A stretch of DNA of 64,000 nucleotides, from NCBI GenBank assembly GCA_963677485.1, contig OY781964.1:3680001-3744000 (forward strand), read 5' to 3'. Position numbers and translations under genes: made by a program. The stretch comes from Armatimonadota bacterium. GTDB lineage: Bacteria; Armatimonadota; HRBIN16. Each line of letters begins with the position of its first letter. Positions within the stretch are counted from its first letter, which is position 1. Shown here piece after piece: positions 30,534 to 40,374 of the stretch. Under the pieces are notes generated by a model. The model had not been told where the DNA came from. It searched no databases and was given only the letters and a program-made list of their open reading frames with translations.

Positions 30534-31823
30534 ATGGAGATTGAAATGCTACTTCGGACACTCACCATTCTTGTTTGCCTAATGACATTCGCCTGTACCG
30601 CAATAAGGCCTGCGGCCGCTAAACCCGCCGCCAAGTGGAAACTAGGCACGCCGATTGTGACCTACTGGGCCGGGCCGAGTGACTTTATGGAGCTCAACGA
30701 CCGGACCGCTGAACAGCTCAGAGCTGGCGGTTGGAATGTGGGCTGGGCAAAGACACCCGAGGAATTGGATGTGTATCATCGCCACGGTCTACGCGTCATG
30801 CTGAAGGTGGGTACCCCCAATGTGGATGACCCGGCACAAGCAAAAGCGCTTGAAGATATTGTCGTCAAAGTGCGCAACCACCCGGCGCTGTATGCCTATT
30901 ACATCGTAGATGAACCAGGTGCTGGCGCGTTCCCCGCACTGGGTAAATTGGTGGCCTTCCTGCGCAAGTTGGACCCCGCACACCTCGCGTTCATTAATCT
31001 GCTGCCGACCTACGCATCCCCTGAACAGCTTAACGTCACCGATGATGCCGCGGCGAAGGCCAAAGTGGGCATACCATCGAATTTCTCAGGCATCGATACC
31101 GGCAATGGCACGGTACTGCGTTACCAGGAGCACCTGCGGCAGTTCATCACCACCGTCAAGCCTGAGCTGATCAGTTACGACCACTACCACTTCATGAAGA
31201 ACAGCGATGGTCCGCAGTATTTCCTGAACCTGGGGTTGGTCCGGCTCGCGGCGATGAAGGCTGGCATCCCGTTCATGAACATCATCCAGACCTGCGACTC
31301 GCCCGCTGAAGGCTGGCGCGAGCCGGTGGCGAACGAGCTGCGCTGGCTGACTTACACCTCGGTGGCATATGGTGCTCAAGCGATAGCACACTTCCGTTAT
31401 GACCTCGGGTGCTGGAAAGACCCAAAGGAAGCCACGGTACCGCTGCCGCTCTACTGGGCGTTGTCGCAGATCAACCGTGAGTTTGTGGCGATCGCCACGG
31501 AGCTGCAGCCCCTCAAGTCGCTGGGTGCTTTCCATATCGGCAAGATGCCCATCGGTGGAGTTGCCTTGCCCGCTAATGCGGTGTTTGCACCCGATCGGCG
31601 GTCACAGGACTTGGTGCTGGGCACTTTCGGCAAGAGTGCAGATATGCCCACCCATGTGGTAGTGGTGAACCTGGACTACAAGAAGGCGGTCAGCACCACG
31701 CTGCTCGGCCCTGGTGCGATGGAGGTGTTCCATCCCGCTACGAAGGTCTGGACGAAGGGCAGCTCGCGGCTGAAGCTCGACCTTCCGCCCTGCGGCGGAA
31801 TGCTCGTTCGGCTGGCGCGGTAG
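30534..31823 (+). CDS. Secreted hypothetical glycoside-hydrolase-like (TIM barrel) protein
   Basis: Signal peptide; HPALYAYYIVDEP, INLLP, ISYDHY. Confidence 0.65.
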   Translation: MEIEMLLRTLTILVCLMTFACTAIRPAAAKPAAKWKLGTPIVTYWAGPSDFMELNDRTAEQLRAGGWNVGWAKTPEELDVYHRHGLRVMLKVGTPNVDDPAQAKALEDIVVKVRNHPALYAYYIVDEPGAGAFPALGKLVAFLRKLDPAHLAFINLLPTYASPEQLNVTDDAAAKAKVGIPSNFSGIDTGNGTVLRYQEHLRQFITTVKPELISYDHYHFMKNSDGPQYFLNLGLVRLAAMKAGIPFMNIIQTCDSPAEGWREPVANELRWLTYTSVAYGAQAIAHFRYDLGCWKDPKEATVPLPLYWALSQINREFVAIATELQPLKSLGAFHIGKMPIGGVALPANAVFAPDRRSQDLVLGTFGKSADMPTHVVVVNLDYKKAVSTTLLGPGAMEVFHPATKVWTKGSSRLKLDLPPCGGMLVRLAR

Positions 31824-31902
31824 GGGGCGAGGGCGGTGTATGGTTGACCGCAACCTGTAAATGGTGATGGCATCAACCCATCGAATTACGCGCTGTGGAA
31901 AA

Positions 31903-32129
31903 TCCAGCACCCACGGAGTGGGTAGCAGTCCTTACAGCCAGAGGTGAGCGAAGCGATACCCCTGGAAAGCGGTGCATCACATTACCCCGAAGTGGGTCGA
32001 ATCCCTGATCCCATCTTCATTGTCTGAATAGACCCACTTCGGGGTAGGTGCCTTATGGGCGCCAACCACGGGTATCGCTGATGCTCACCCGTGGCTATAA
32101 GAATCATACCCACTTCGTGGGTGCCCGGA
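31903..32129. repeat. Inverted pair of family D ~100-bp units (REPIN/MITE-like)
   Basis: 31903-32000 and 32030-32129 are inverted homologues of each other and of 5323-5425. Confidence 0.85.
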
Positions 32130-32164
32130 CTAGCCATTACCGGTGGCTAGGCTGAATTCTATTT

Positions 32165-32301
32165 CCGCGACATAAATGTCTCGGCTATTGATCAGCAAGC
32201 CCGTTCAAACGGGCTGCGGCCCTTCGTGCCGACGGTGGTAACGACTTCATAGACTGCTTCAGCAGTCTTGTTGTTCAATAGCCGAGACATTTATGTCGCG
32301 G
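32165..32301. repeat. 137-bp element with perfect 27-bp terminal inverted repeats (family E)
   Basis: CCGCGACATAAATGTCTCGGCTATTGA at 32165-32191 and its exact reverse complement at 32275-32301. Confidence 0.9.
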
Positions 32302-32424
32302 CCTATGGGGAATACAACTCCGGTACGCATTTGTTCAGGTCTTTGATTGTGCATGTGTAAGCAGGTCTGCCCAGGCGTGCTGGTGAACATATCCATAACC
32401 AACCACACAATGAGGAAACCCGTG

Positions 32425-35400
32425 ATGCTCTACCGTCTGCTCGCACTATTCGCCATGCTTACCATGCTCTCCACCAGCGCCCTCGCGGCGCCGGATTACC
32501 TGTGGCGTGAGGCGGAGACCGCCGACACGGCCAACTTCGCTGTTCAAGCGACGCCTGGATCGCCCGAGTTTAGCGGGGGACAGTGGCTGAAGGAGGGCAT
32601 CCCCGATGGGGGCACACTGAGCTATAGGCTCAACGTGCAAATACCAGGTGATTACCACCTGTGGCTGCGCATCGGCATGGAGTTCATCCGCGCCAGCATG
32701 CAGTGGCGGATCGACGGTGGCGAGTGGAAGACCATCGGCCCCAACGACCTGACCACGAACCTGACGGGCATCTGGTACTGGGCGGAGCTCTCATGGATGA
32801 ATGCTGGCACGGTAAACCTCAAAGCTGGTGCGCACGAGCTGGAAGTGAAGTTCGGGCCGAAAACGGGCGATAACATGGTGGCGGCGTTTGACTGCTTCTG
32901 TCTGGTTCAGGGTGACTGGCAGCCCGATGGCGCGTTGAAACCGGGTGAGCAGCCGAGTAGCGAACTCGACAAGCAAGCCGCAGCGCAGATATTCAGCTTC
33001 CCCAATACCGCAGTATCCACCCCAGGCGAACGGCAAAGCCTCTCGTTGAACGGCGTGTGGCAGGTTGCGCGGCACGATGACCTCGATATGAACAAAAACC
33101 GCTATGAACCGGTGCGCGACTTCCCAGCGGAGCCGCGGTGGCGCGGCATCAACATCCCCAGCGACTACGCCAGCCAGGTTTCGGCTCTCAAGCTGGGACA
33201 CCGCGTCTGGTTCCGCACCAAAGTCGACATCCCTGCCAGCATGTCTGGACGCAGCTTCATGCTGGACTTCGCGGGCACGAACTGGATCGCCTCGGTAGTG
33301 GTGAACGGCCAGTTCATGGGATGGCGGAAGTCCACCCGTGTGCCGTGGCAGTGCGACATCACGAAGGGCATCAAGCCCGGGCAGGTGAATGAGGTTTGGA
33401 TCGGCATCAAAGGCTTCTATTACACCATCGACAACGACAACCTGAACAAATCGCGCAACATCCCGCTGGACGCCATCCGCCAATGGCCTCCGCATTTCGT
33501 GGCGCCCATCATGCCCTCCACCAAGGGTGACGCGGATGGAGTGATGTGCGGCATCACCGACCCCGTGAGCCTGGTCGTAGCCGGAGCATCGGCGTATGTG
33601 TCGGATGTATTCGTAAAGACGACGGTCACTGACGCGCAGTTCAAGCCCACTAACAAAAAGATCAACGCTGAGATCACGCTGACCAACCCCACGGATCAGG
33701 ACGCGACGGTGAGTGTGAGCGCGGAGGCGGTGTTCGCGGGGAGCCGGAACAGCGAAAAGGCTCTGGCACCTGTCAGCGTGACTGTGCCTGCCGGTAAGTC
33801 ACAGATGGTGACCCTCACCGCTCCCTGGCCCGAGGCGAAGCTCTGGTGGCCGCAGCAGAATCCGGCCAATATGTATACCCTGCGCACATCCGTTGCGGTG
33901 GACGGTAAAGTGGTGGATATCCACGAGCAGCCGTTTGGCTTCCGCGAAGTGAAGATCGATGGTAAGTATATCCGCATCAACGGTCTGAGGCGGAACTTCT
34001 GGAACCTGCTGGGCGGATTATCTGGCTCCACCGATGCCCAAAGGCTCAGCAACTTCTACCTGGGCAACAACCGCTTCGAGCGGTTTAGTGCCGACATCAA
34101 TGGGCAGATCCCTTCATCAAGCAGGTGTGAGCAACTCGAGTGGGCCGACAAACACGGCATTCCCGGACGGCTCTCCACCATGATCGACGGCATGGCTATC
34201 ACGTACACATTGGAGAACCAGACCACATGGGAGAATTTTAAGGAACACATCGACCAGGTGGTGCGGAACTATAGAAACCATCCTTCGGTCATCGTGTATA
34301 GCCTGGAGAATGAGCTGCTGTTCATCAACGGCGCGCTCACGCGGGATGCGAAAGGGATGGACCTGGTCGAAGAGAACGCGCAGAAATACCTGGTGGACAC
34401 CGCGCATCAGCTTGATCCCACACGGCCGGTGATGTTTGACGGCGGCGGTGCCTTCAAGAACAACACGGTGGACATCTGCTGCACCCACTACGCCGAAGAT
34501 GGGTTCCACCCGGATAACGCCTTTCCGATGGACAAGATCATCAGCCAGAACCGCTGGAGCTGGGACATGAAGCGGCCCTATAGTGCGGGCGAGGTCGCCT
34601 ACTTCTCGGGAAATAACTCCGACCACGCCTGGATCGGCGGAGAACTGGCCTCCACCGGAAAAGTGGGCGCGATCAAGTCGTATGCCAAGTATATGAAGTA
34701 TCTATTTGAACGATACCGCTGGAACGATGTGGCGATGATCTGCCCGTGGACCGGCATGGCTGATGCCGAAGAGACCTGGAATGCCATGAACGAGATCGCT
34801 GCCTTCACGCGGGAGTACAACAGCAGCTTCTTCGGCGGGGAGAAGATGACGCGCACGGTGAAGGTGTTCAACGACACCTTCTCAACTGACCCACTCAACT
34901 TCACCTGGAAATTGATGGCCAACGGCAAGATGGTCGGCAGCGGGACACAACAGCTCAGCATCGAGCCGGGATTCGCGAAGCAAGTGTCGATTAGCTGTGT
35001 CTCGCCGAAAGTGACCGCGCGGGTCAACGGCCAGCTCATTCTTCAAGTCACCCAGAAGGGCGCGAAGCCCTTCAAGGATGTGAAGCCGGTGGCCTTCTAC
35101 CCGCGAGTGCAGGGTGTGAAGCTGCGCCGCAGCTTGTATGTGATTGAGAGCAAGGGCGTGACCAGCAAGTCACTAGCCAGCTTGGGCATCATCGCCAAGC
35201 CGGTCAAGAGCGTGGCGGGTATCAAACCCGGTGGCATCGTGCTGGTAGGTGATAATGCTGTGGCTGAGAAACAACCCGTCAACGATCTGATGGGATATGC
35301 CCAGAGCGGTGGTCGTGTGGTGATTCTGGAGCAGGATCAGCCGATCCTGGGTGACCGTTTTGGCTCCCCGCTGAACATCGGGAAGGGACTCGACAAGAAC

Positions 35401-36873
35401 CCCTACAACGCCAATTTCGCGTTTGCACAGCAGGGCACCAAACTGCTGGACGGTCTCGATAGCCTGACGCTCTCCAACTGGGCAGGGTTTGGCTCCACCA
35501 GCAAGACGGTCTGGGAGAAGAGCTCTGGAGCCGCTCGTTCTTGGATCACCTGTGGACCGGCACTGAACGGCTCCACGCTGATCGAGATGCCGAAGGGTAA
35601 AGGCGAGGTGATCGCCACGCAGATGCGGGTGGGTGAACTGCTCATGGTGGAGCCGGCGGCGCAGTTGCTTCTGGCCAACATGCTCAAGCGGGCTGATACC
35701 TACACAAGGCCGTCGGCCACGGTGGGGGTCTACGCTCCTGACAGTACAGAGGTAGGCGAGTTCATCGCAGGCCTGGGCTGCCAGCAGAAGAAGCTGGCTA
35801 AGCTGACCGATGGGTTGAATCTGAAAGGGACACCGGTTTTGGTTGTTCATGCGTCGATAGCCGGTCTTGAAGCGCTCAGTGCGGCTAATGCGCAGCTCAA
35901 TGCGTATACACAGGCGGGTGGATACGTCATGATGATGGGCTTGCAGCCAGATGGTCTGGCACTATACAACAAGCTGCTGGGTACTCAGCATGTGATGCGC
36001 GAGTTCCGGCGGGAGTCTGTGCAGCTTATCGACGATCCGCTGATGGCTGGGGTCAGCAGCTCCGACTTGTCGCAGTTCACCGATCAGGTCATCGCGCCAT
36101 GGTCTGGGCAGCGCAACGTCTCGCGGGATCTATTCAGCTATTGCCTGGACGGTGAGGATATCGCCCCGTTCTGCTTCGGAGCACCCAACCCGGACTACCC
36201 TGAGGCGAACGGCAACGGAGCCTATAACCTGGTGAACGGGCTGTTCAACGCCGACATGTGGTGGTATATTGACCAGATCAGCTACGACCCGACCAAACCC
36301 GAGAATGAACTGGTCAGCTTCAAGCTGCCCGTGAGCAGCAAGCTAAAGTCCATCACCATCTGGAACAACAAGAATTATGACACGGTGAAGGAGTGCGATA
36401 TCCGCCTGAACGGCAAATCCGTCAAGAGGGTAGAGTTGCCGGATTCCTTTGACGCTGTGGAGGTGCCTTTAGGCGGAGCCTCCGCTAGCAGCCTCATGTT
36501 GACATCGCTGAGCACACGCGTTCATGGCACATCCAAGCTGGTGGGTCTGGATGAAGTGAAGATAATCCGTGAGGTGCCGGAGTGGTATAAGGGGCGGGTC
36601 TATCCGTTGGTCAACAGCGGGGGACTGATCCGCTACCCGCGTGGCAAAGGTGGGTTCGTGTTGAACAATCTGAAGCTGGATACACCGGCTCGCAAGGACT
36701 TCCCCGAGAACCTTGCCAAGAAGCGGCGCGTCACCTCCGTGCTATTGCAGAACCTGGGCGTGGCCTTCAATAGCGAGGATGCGGTGAGCCAGGAGGGCCA
36801 GCAGCTTGGTCCTAACGGGCTGCCGATCTACATCCCGCCCACCGGCAGAGCCAATCTTGGCGAGAAGGAGTAA
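32425..36873 (+). CDS. Large secreted GH2 glycoside hydrolase with accessory domains
   Basis: Signal peptide; LNGVW, FGFREV, RNHPSVIVYSLENE, DPTRP, GE nucleophile region. Confidence 0.85.
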   Translation: MLYRLLALFAMLTMLSTSALAAPDYLWREAETADTANFAVQATPGSPEFSGGQWLKEGIPDGGTLSYRLNVQIPGDYHLWLRIGMEFIRASMQWRIDGGEWKTIGPNDLTTNLTGIWYWAELSWMNAGTVNLKAGAHELEVKFGPKTGDNMVAAFDCFCLVQGDWQPDGALKPGEQPSSELDKQAAAQIFSFPNTAVSTPGERQSLSLNGVWQVARHDDLDMNKNRYEPVRDFPAEPRWRGINIPSDYASQVSALKLGHRVWFRTKVDIPASMSGRSFMLDFAGTNWIASVVVNGQFMGWRKSTRVPWQCDITKGIKPGQVNEVWIGIKGFYYTIDNDNLNKSRNIPLDAIRQWPPHFVAPIMPSTKGDADGVMCGITDPVSLVVAGASAYVSDVFVKTTVTDAQFKPTNKKINAEITLTNPTDQDATVSVSAEAVFAGSRNSEKALAPVSVTVPAGKSQMVTLTAPWPEAKLWWPQQNPANMYTLRTSVAVDGKVVDIHEQPFGFREVKIDGKYIRINGLRRNFWNLLGGLSGSTDAQRLSNFYLGNNRFERFSADINGQIPSSSRCEQLEWADKHGIPGRLSTMIDGMAITYTLENQTTWENFKEHIDQVVRNYRNHPSVIVYSLENELLFINGALTRDAKGMDLVEENAQKYLVDTAHQLDPTRPVMFDGGGAFKNNTVDICCTHYAEDGFHPDNAFPMDKIISQNRWSWDMKRPYSAGEVAYFSGNNSDHAWIGGELASTGKVGAIKSYAKYMKYLFERYRWNDVAMICPWTGMADAEETWNAMNEIAAFTREYNSSFFGGEKMTRTVKVFNDTFSTDPLNFTWKLMANGKMVGSGTQQLSIEPGFAKQVSISCVSPKVTARVNGQLILQVTQKGAKPFKDVKPVAFYPRVQGVKLRRSLYVIESKGVTSKSLASLGIIAKPVKSVAGIKPGGIVLVGDNAVAEKQPVNDLMGYAQSGGRVVILEQDQPILGDRFGSPLNIGKGLDKNPYNANFAFAQQGTKLLDGLDSLTLSNWAGFGSTSKTVWEKSSGAARSWITCGPALNGSTLIEMPKGKGEVIATQMRVGELLMVEPAAQLLLANMLKRADTYTRPSATVGVYAPDSTEVGEFIAGLGCQQKKLAKLTDGLNLKGTPVLVVHASIAGLEALSAANAQLNAYTQAGGYVMMMGLQPDGLALYNKLLGTQHVMREFRRESVQLIDDPLMAGVSSSDLSQFTDQVIAPWSGQRNVSRDLFSYCLDGEDIAPFCFGAPNPDYPEANGNGAYNLVNGLFNADMWWYIDQISYDPTKPENELVSFKLPVSSKLKSITIWNNKNYDTVKECDIRLNGKSVKRVELPDSFDAVEVPLGGASASSLMLTSLSTRVHGTSKLVGLDEVKIIREVPEWYKGRVYPLVNSGGLIRYPRGKGGFVLNNLKLDTPARKDFPENLAKKRRVTSVLLQNLGVAFNSEDAVSQEGQQLGPNGLPIYIPPTGRANLGEKE

Positions 36874-36877
36874 GGGA

Positions 36878-37669
36878 ATGGCAAAGCGCGTGCGGAAAAG
36901 CCGTATCATGACCACCAGCGATTATATACAGCAGCTCACACAGCTCTTTGACGACAAGTTTCGTCGGCCAGCGTCGTTTTACAACAATGGCTGCTGCGTC
37001 GGCGACGATGAAGCACGGCTGCTGATCGAAACACCAAGGGCAAAACTTACCGAAGAAGAGTTGAGTAGTCCGATCGATCACGCTTGCGGTTGTTTTGGCA
37101 CATTCGAGCAGATGGCATATTACGTGCCCAGGTTGATGGAGATTCTGAATGAATCGGAAGATGGATTTACACATGGGTGCCTCAACTTCAGCTTTTTTCG
37201 GCTGCTGGTCGACCATGAGCAGCAATATCGCGTTTTGGGGCTGTGGGACAGTATCGAAAACACAATGTATAGCATATTTGCCGATCGAACATCCACTTTT
37301 GTTTTAGTAGGCAGCGACTACACTGTGTGTTCGGATCTGTTGAATGAGTTGCTTGAAGGTTTCTTCCAACCTGTGCTACACAACAGAGCAGGCGTAAGCA
37401 GTCCCTGTATGACCCAGTGGGATGAATTCATCGCGAAGTGGGCTGATGAAGGGGATCCTCACATGATAGCTCATCTCTTATCGTTCGTCCGATGGCAGGC
37501 TATCGATGATGACTGCATTTTGCCGGAGAGCTTCATGACGCGACTGAAAGATCAGGCGTATTCATCATCCCTACTCAAGCGTGCAGAACCTGCGTTAGTC
37601 TCAATGCCGTCAGAGTATTGGTTGTACGTTGTGCGAGAGTGTCTTGAGGAATTCGCGAAGCGTGATTAA
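36878..37669 (+). CDS. Hypothetical protein
   Basis: About 260-aa ORF directly after the GH2 gene; lower GC; CC...YYVPRLMEI pattern. Confidence 0.6.
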   Translation: MAKRVRKSRIMTTSDYIQQLTQLFDDKFRRPASFYNNGCCVGDDEARLLIETPRAKLTEEELSSPIDHACGCFGTFEQMAYYVPRLMEILNESEDGFTHGCLNFSFFRLLVDHEQQYRVLGLWDSIENTMYSIFADRTSTFVLVGSDYTVCSDLLNELLEGFFQPVLHNRAGVSSPCMTQWDEFIAKWADEGDPHMIAHLLSFVRWQAIDDDCILPESFMTRLKDQAYSSSLLKRAEPALVSMPSEYWLYVVRECLEEFAKRD

Positions 37670-37671
37670 CA

Positions 37672-38883
37672 CTAGATACTCCACGCCGGTATGGACGCCG
37701 TGGAAGCCGTGATTGGCAGCGATTGTTGCGCCAGGCAGATCACGCCTCCGGGACCTATGGGTAACCCAAGCTTCTCGAGTGTTGAGAAGGCCCGCACATC
37801 GGCGACGGAAGGCGAAGCCGACTTCTTAATCTCAAGCGGGTAGATGGTGCCATCTTGAACGATCAGTAGGTCAATCTCCTTCTGGTCTCGATCGCGGTAG
37901 TAGTAGAAGGGCGGTTGTTTGCCGTTGTGCAGGTAACCCTTAAGAAGCTCCGAAAGGACCCATGTCTCCAGAATGGCACCAGACATCGCCCCCGCCTCTA
38001 GTGTCTCAGGGCTAGACCATTCGGTCAGATATGAGCATAGGCCTGTGTCGAGGAAGTAGAGTTTGGGTGCCTTGACCAGTCTTTTTCCGAGATTGTGGTG
38101 ATATGGCTCCAACAGATAGACTACGCCCGATGCTTGCAGAATCGACAGCCAGCTTTTGGCTGTGTTTACGGTGATGTCTGCGTCACGTGCCAGATCGCTC
38201 AGGTTCAAAAGCTGTGCCGATCGCGCCGCCGCGATCCTCAAGAATCGCAGGAACGCGAGTTCGTCACCCACTTTGGCTAGGTCGCGTATGTCCCTTTGCA
38301 GGTAGGTTTGGACGTAGGAACTGTAAAACAGGCCTTTGTCCATCCCATCTGACAAGGCGATGGCAGGGTACGACCCACGCCAGATCATATGATATAGCTG
38401 CTGTAGGGTCAAGCTATGCCCGACTGGAGGCTGAACTGCTGATGGTAGAAAAGGACGATGCACTGAACCTTGGCCGACCATCTCCCAATGGCTGAGACCC
38501 AGCAATTGGACCACTGCCACTCTGCCAGCCAGTGATTCTGAAACACCTTTCATCAGGTGAAACTGTTGTGAGCCGGTCAGCCAGAAAAGGCCGGGTTGAT
38601 GTGTGTTGTCAACCTCCATCTTGATGTATGGCAGCAGCTCAGGTGCATATTGGATTTCGTCGATGAGCAGAGGCGGCCTGTATCGTTGGAAGAAGAGAGC
38701 AGGGTCACGCTTCGCGAGCTCCAACACCAGCGGGTCATCTAGCGAGACATATGTGCGGTCAGAATAACTCAGGTGGCGCAGGAAGGTCGTTTTGCCGACT
38801 TGCCGTGCTCCGGTGACCATCAGCACCGGAAACTGCATCCCAGCCGACCTGGCGAAACTCTCAAGCGTGCGTGGTAGATACAT
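37672..38883 (-). CDS. AAA+ ATPase (AAA_14) with DUF4143 domain
   Basis: GARQVGKTT, LIDEIQ, LTGS, ESLAGR, TYLQRD, KLYFLDTGL, EID...EIK. Confidence 0.92.
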   Translation of the reverse strand: MYLPRTLESFARSAGMQFPVLMVTGARQVGKTTFLRHLSYSDRTYVSLDDPLVLELAKRDPALFFQRYRPPLLIDEIQYAPELLPYIKMEVDNTHQPGLFWLTGSQQFHLMKGVSESLAGRVAVVQLLGLSHWEMVGQGSVHRPFLPSAVQPPVGHSLTLQQLYHMIWRGSYPAIALSDGMDKGLFYSSYVQTYLQRDIRDLAKVGDELAFLRFLRIAAARSAQLLNLSDLARDADITVNTAKSWLSILQASGVVYLLEPYHHNLGKRLVKAPKLYFLDTGLCSYLTEWSSPETLEAGAMSGAILETWVLSELLKGYLHNGKQPPFYYYRDRDQKEIDLLIVQDGTIYPLEIKKSASPSVADVRAFSTLEKLGLPIGPGGVICLAQQSLPITASTASIPAWSI

Positions 38884-38894
38884 GGCACGTAATC

Positions 38895-38948
38895 TCCGTC
38901 TATATTGCAATCCAATTGCAATATAGACGGATTATTTTGTATTGTCAA
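38895..38948 (-). promoter_or_regulatory. Promoter overlapped by an inverted repeat with 17-bp arms
   Basis: Minus strand TTGACA-17 nt-TATATT; TCCGTCTATATTGCAAT-CCA-ATTGCAATATAGACGGA at 38895-38931. Confidence 0.75.
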
Positions 38949-39034
38949 GCGTGTGGTTGGCGATGTGTTGATATATTGCTATACTCAACACATATCGGTG
39001 TGTGGTCATCTTGCTGATTGAAGAGGTGCTGTCT

Positions 39035-39586
39035 GTGTTTGCCCTGAAACTCTCCGGTGATACCGAGCTCAAACTGCTTCAGCATTCGAATGCAGATGAG
39101 CTCTTCTCGCTGGTGGAAACAAACCGCGAGCATCTGCGGGCCTGGCTGCCCTGGGTAGACAAAACACTGTCTGTGAGCGACATAGAGACCTTTATAAACC
39201 GATCACTACGTCAGTATGCGGGAGATGGTTCGATCACGGCCGGGATATTCGATCGTGGCTCTGTGGTGGGGGTGATTTCACTCACTGTTCGGGATCCGGG
39301 GCGGCACGAAATCGGCTACTGGCTCGACAAAGACCACCAGGGCAGCGGCATCATGACCATTGCCTGCAAAGCATTGATCGAGTTCGCATTCCACCACACG
39401 ACGGCTCAACGGATCGACATCCGCGTGGAGCCTGCCAACGATCGAAGCAGGGCGATCCCCGAACGGCTCGGATTCACATGGGAATCCGTATACAGAGAAC
39501 CCGTTCTGCACACCAATGACCCCGGTCGCGAGCTGGTGACCTATGTCATGCCTAAGGAAGCATGGCTGAGATCACGAGCTACCTGA
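39035..39586 (+). CDS. GNAT acetyltransferase, RimJ/RimL family
   Basis: NREHLRAWLPW, EIGYWL, QGSGIMT, NDRSRAIPERLGF. Confidence 0.92.
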   Translation: MFALKLSGDTELKLLQHSNADELFSLVETNREHLRAWLPWVDKTLSVSDIETFINRSLRQYAGDGSITAGIFDRGSVVGVISLTVRDPGRHEIGYWLDKDHQGSGIMTIACKALIEFAFHHTTAQRIDIRVEPANDRSRAIPERLGFTWESVYREPVLHTNDPGRELVTYVMPKEAWLRSRAT

Positions 39587-40276
39587 GTTGATGCCTACCC
39601 CTGACGCCAAAACAGGCCGGTGGTCGGATGCCTGGCTGTTGACCACCGTCACACTCGATGCCGTAAGCTCAGGGCTCGCCAGCATGTAGTCGATCCTGCA
39701 ATCCGGCGTGTCTGCCGGGAAGGTGAATTCTACATCACCGTCCTTGACCGCTAGATCACGCTGCCCCGTGAGGCTGATCAACGTGCTGACGGCCGCGTGG
39801 TCGGCGGTTTCGTTGAGGTCACCACAGATTATTTTGGGCCCAGTGGTGGCGTTGATCGCGGCAGCAGTTTCACCAGCCTGCTTGATGCGCTCTTCGCCGT
39901 TCAAGCCCCAGTGAGTGCAGAACACGCTCAAATCGCCCTGTTCTGTCGATATCTGCACGCGGATCATGCCCCGCTGTTCGCCCACGCTGGGCAGCAGGTA
40001 TCTATCGGATTGGACCACAGGGTAGCGCGTCAATATCGCGATGCCGTAGCGGTAGTGCGGGAGGGTCAGAATGCCATGGAACTCCACATGCATCGCCAAC
40101 AATCGAGCTAAATCTGCGGGTTGATTCCCGAAACCCACCCCGGGCTCCCATTGCTCCACCTCTTGCAGACAGACGATGTCGGCTTGCGAGGAACGGATGG
40201 TGTCGACGATTCTCTCCACAGAGCGTATATCATCGATGCCTCGGGTGCCTCGGACATTGTAGGTCAGGATGTTCAT
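39572..40276 (-). CDS. Endonuclease/exonuclease/phosphatase family protein
   Basis: TYNV, CLQEV, TH, GDLN, RIDY, SDH. Confidence 0.92.
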   Translation of the reverse strand: MNILTYNVRGTRGIDDIRSVERIVDTIRSSQADIVCLQEVEQWEPGVGFGNQPADLARLLAMHVEFHGILTLPHYRYGIAILTRYPVVQSDRYLLPSVGEQRGMIRVQISTEQGDLSVFCTHWGLNGEERIKQAGETAAAINATTGPKIICGDLNETADHAAVSTLISLTGQRDLAVKDGDVEFTFPADTPDCRIDYMLASPELTASSVTVVNSQASDHRPVLASGVGINSGSS

Positions 40277-40374
40277 TCAAGCCTCCCATCGCTCTATCGG
40301 AAAATCCGTGTTTGTCGACAGTTCACAATTGCAATACAATGAACTGAACTTCACTTATTCAGGAGCATTATCAC

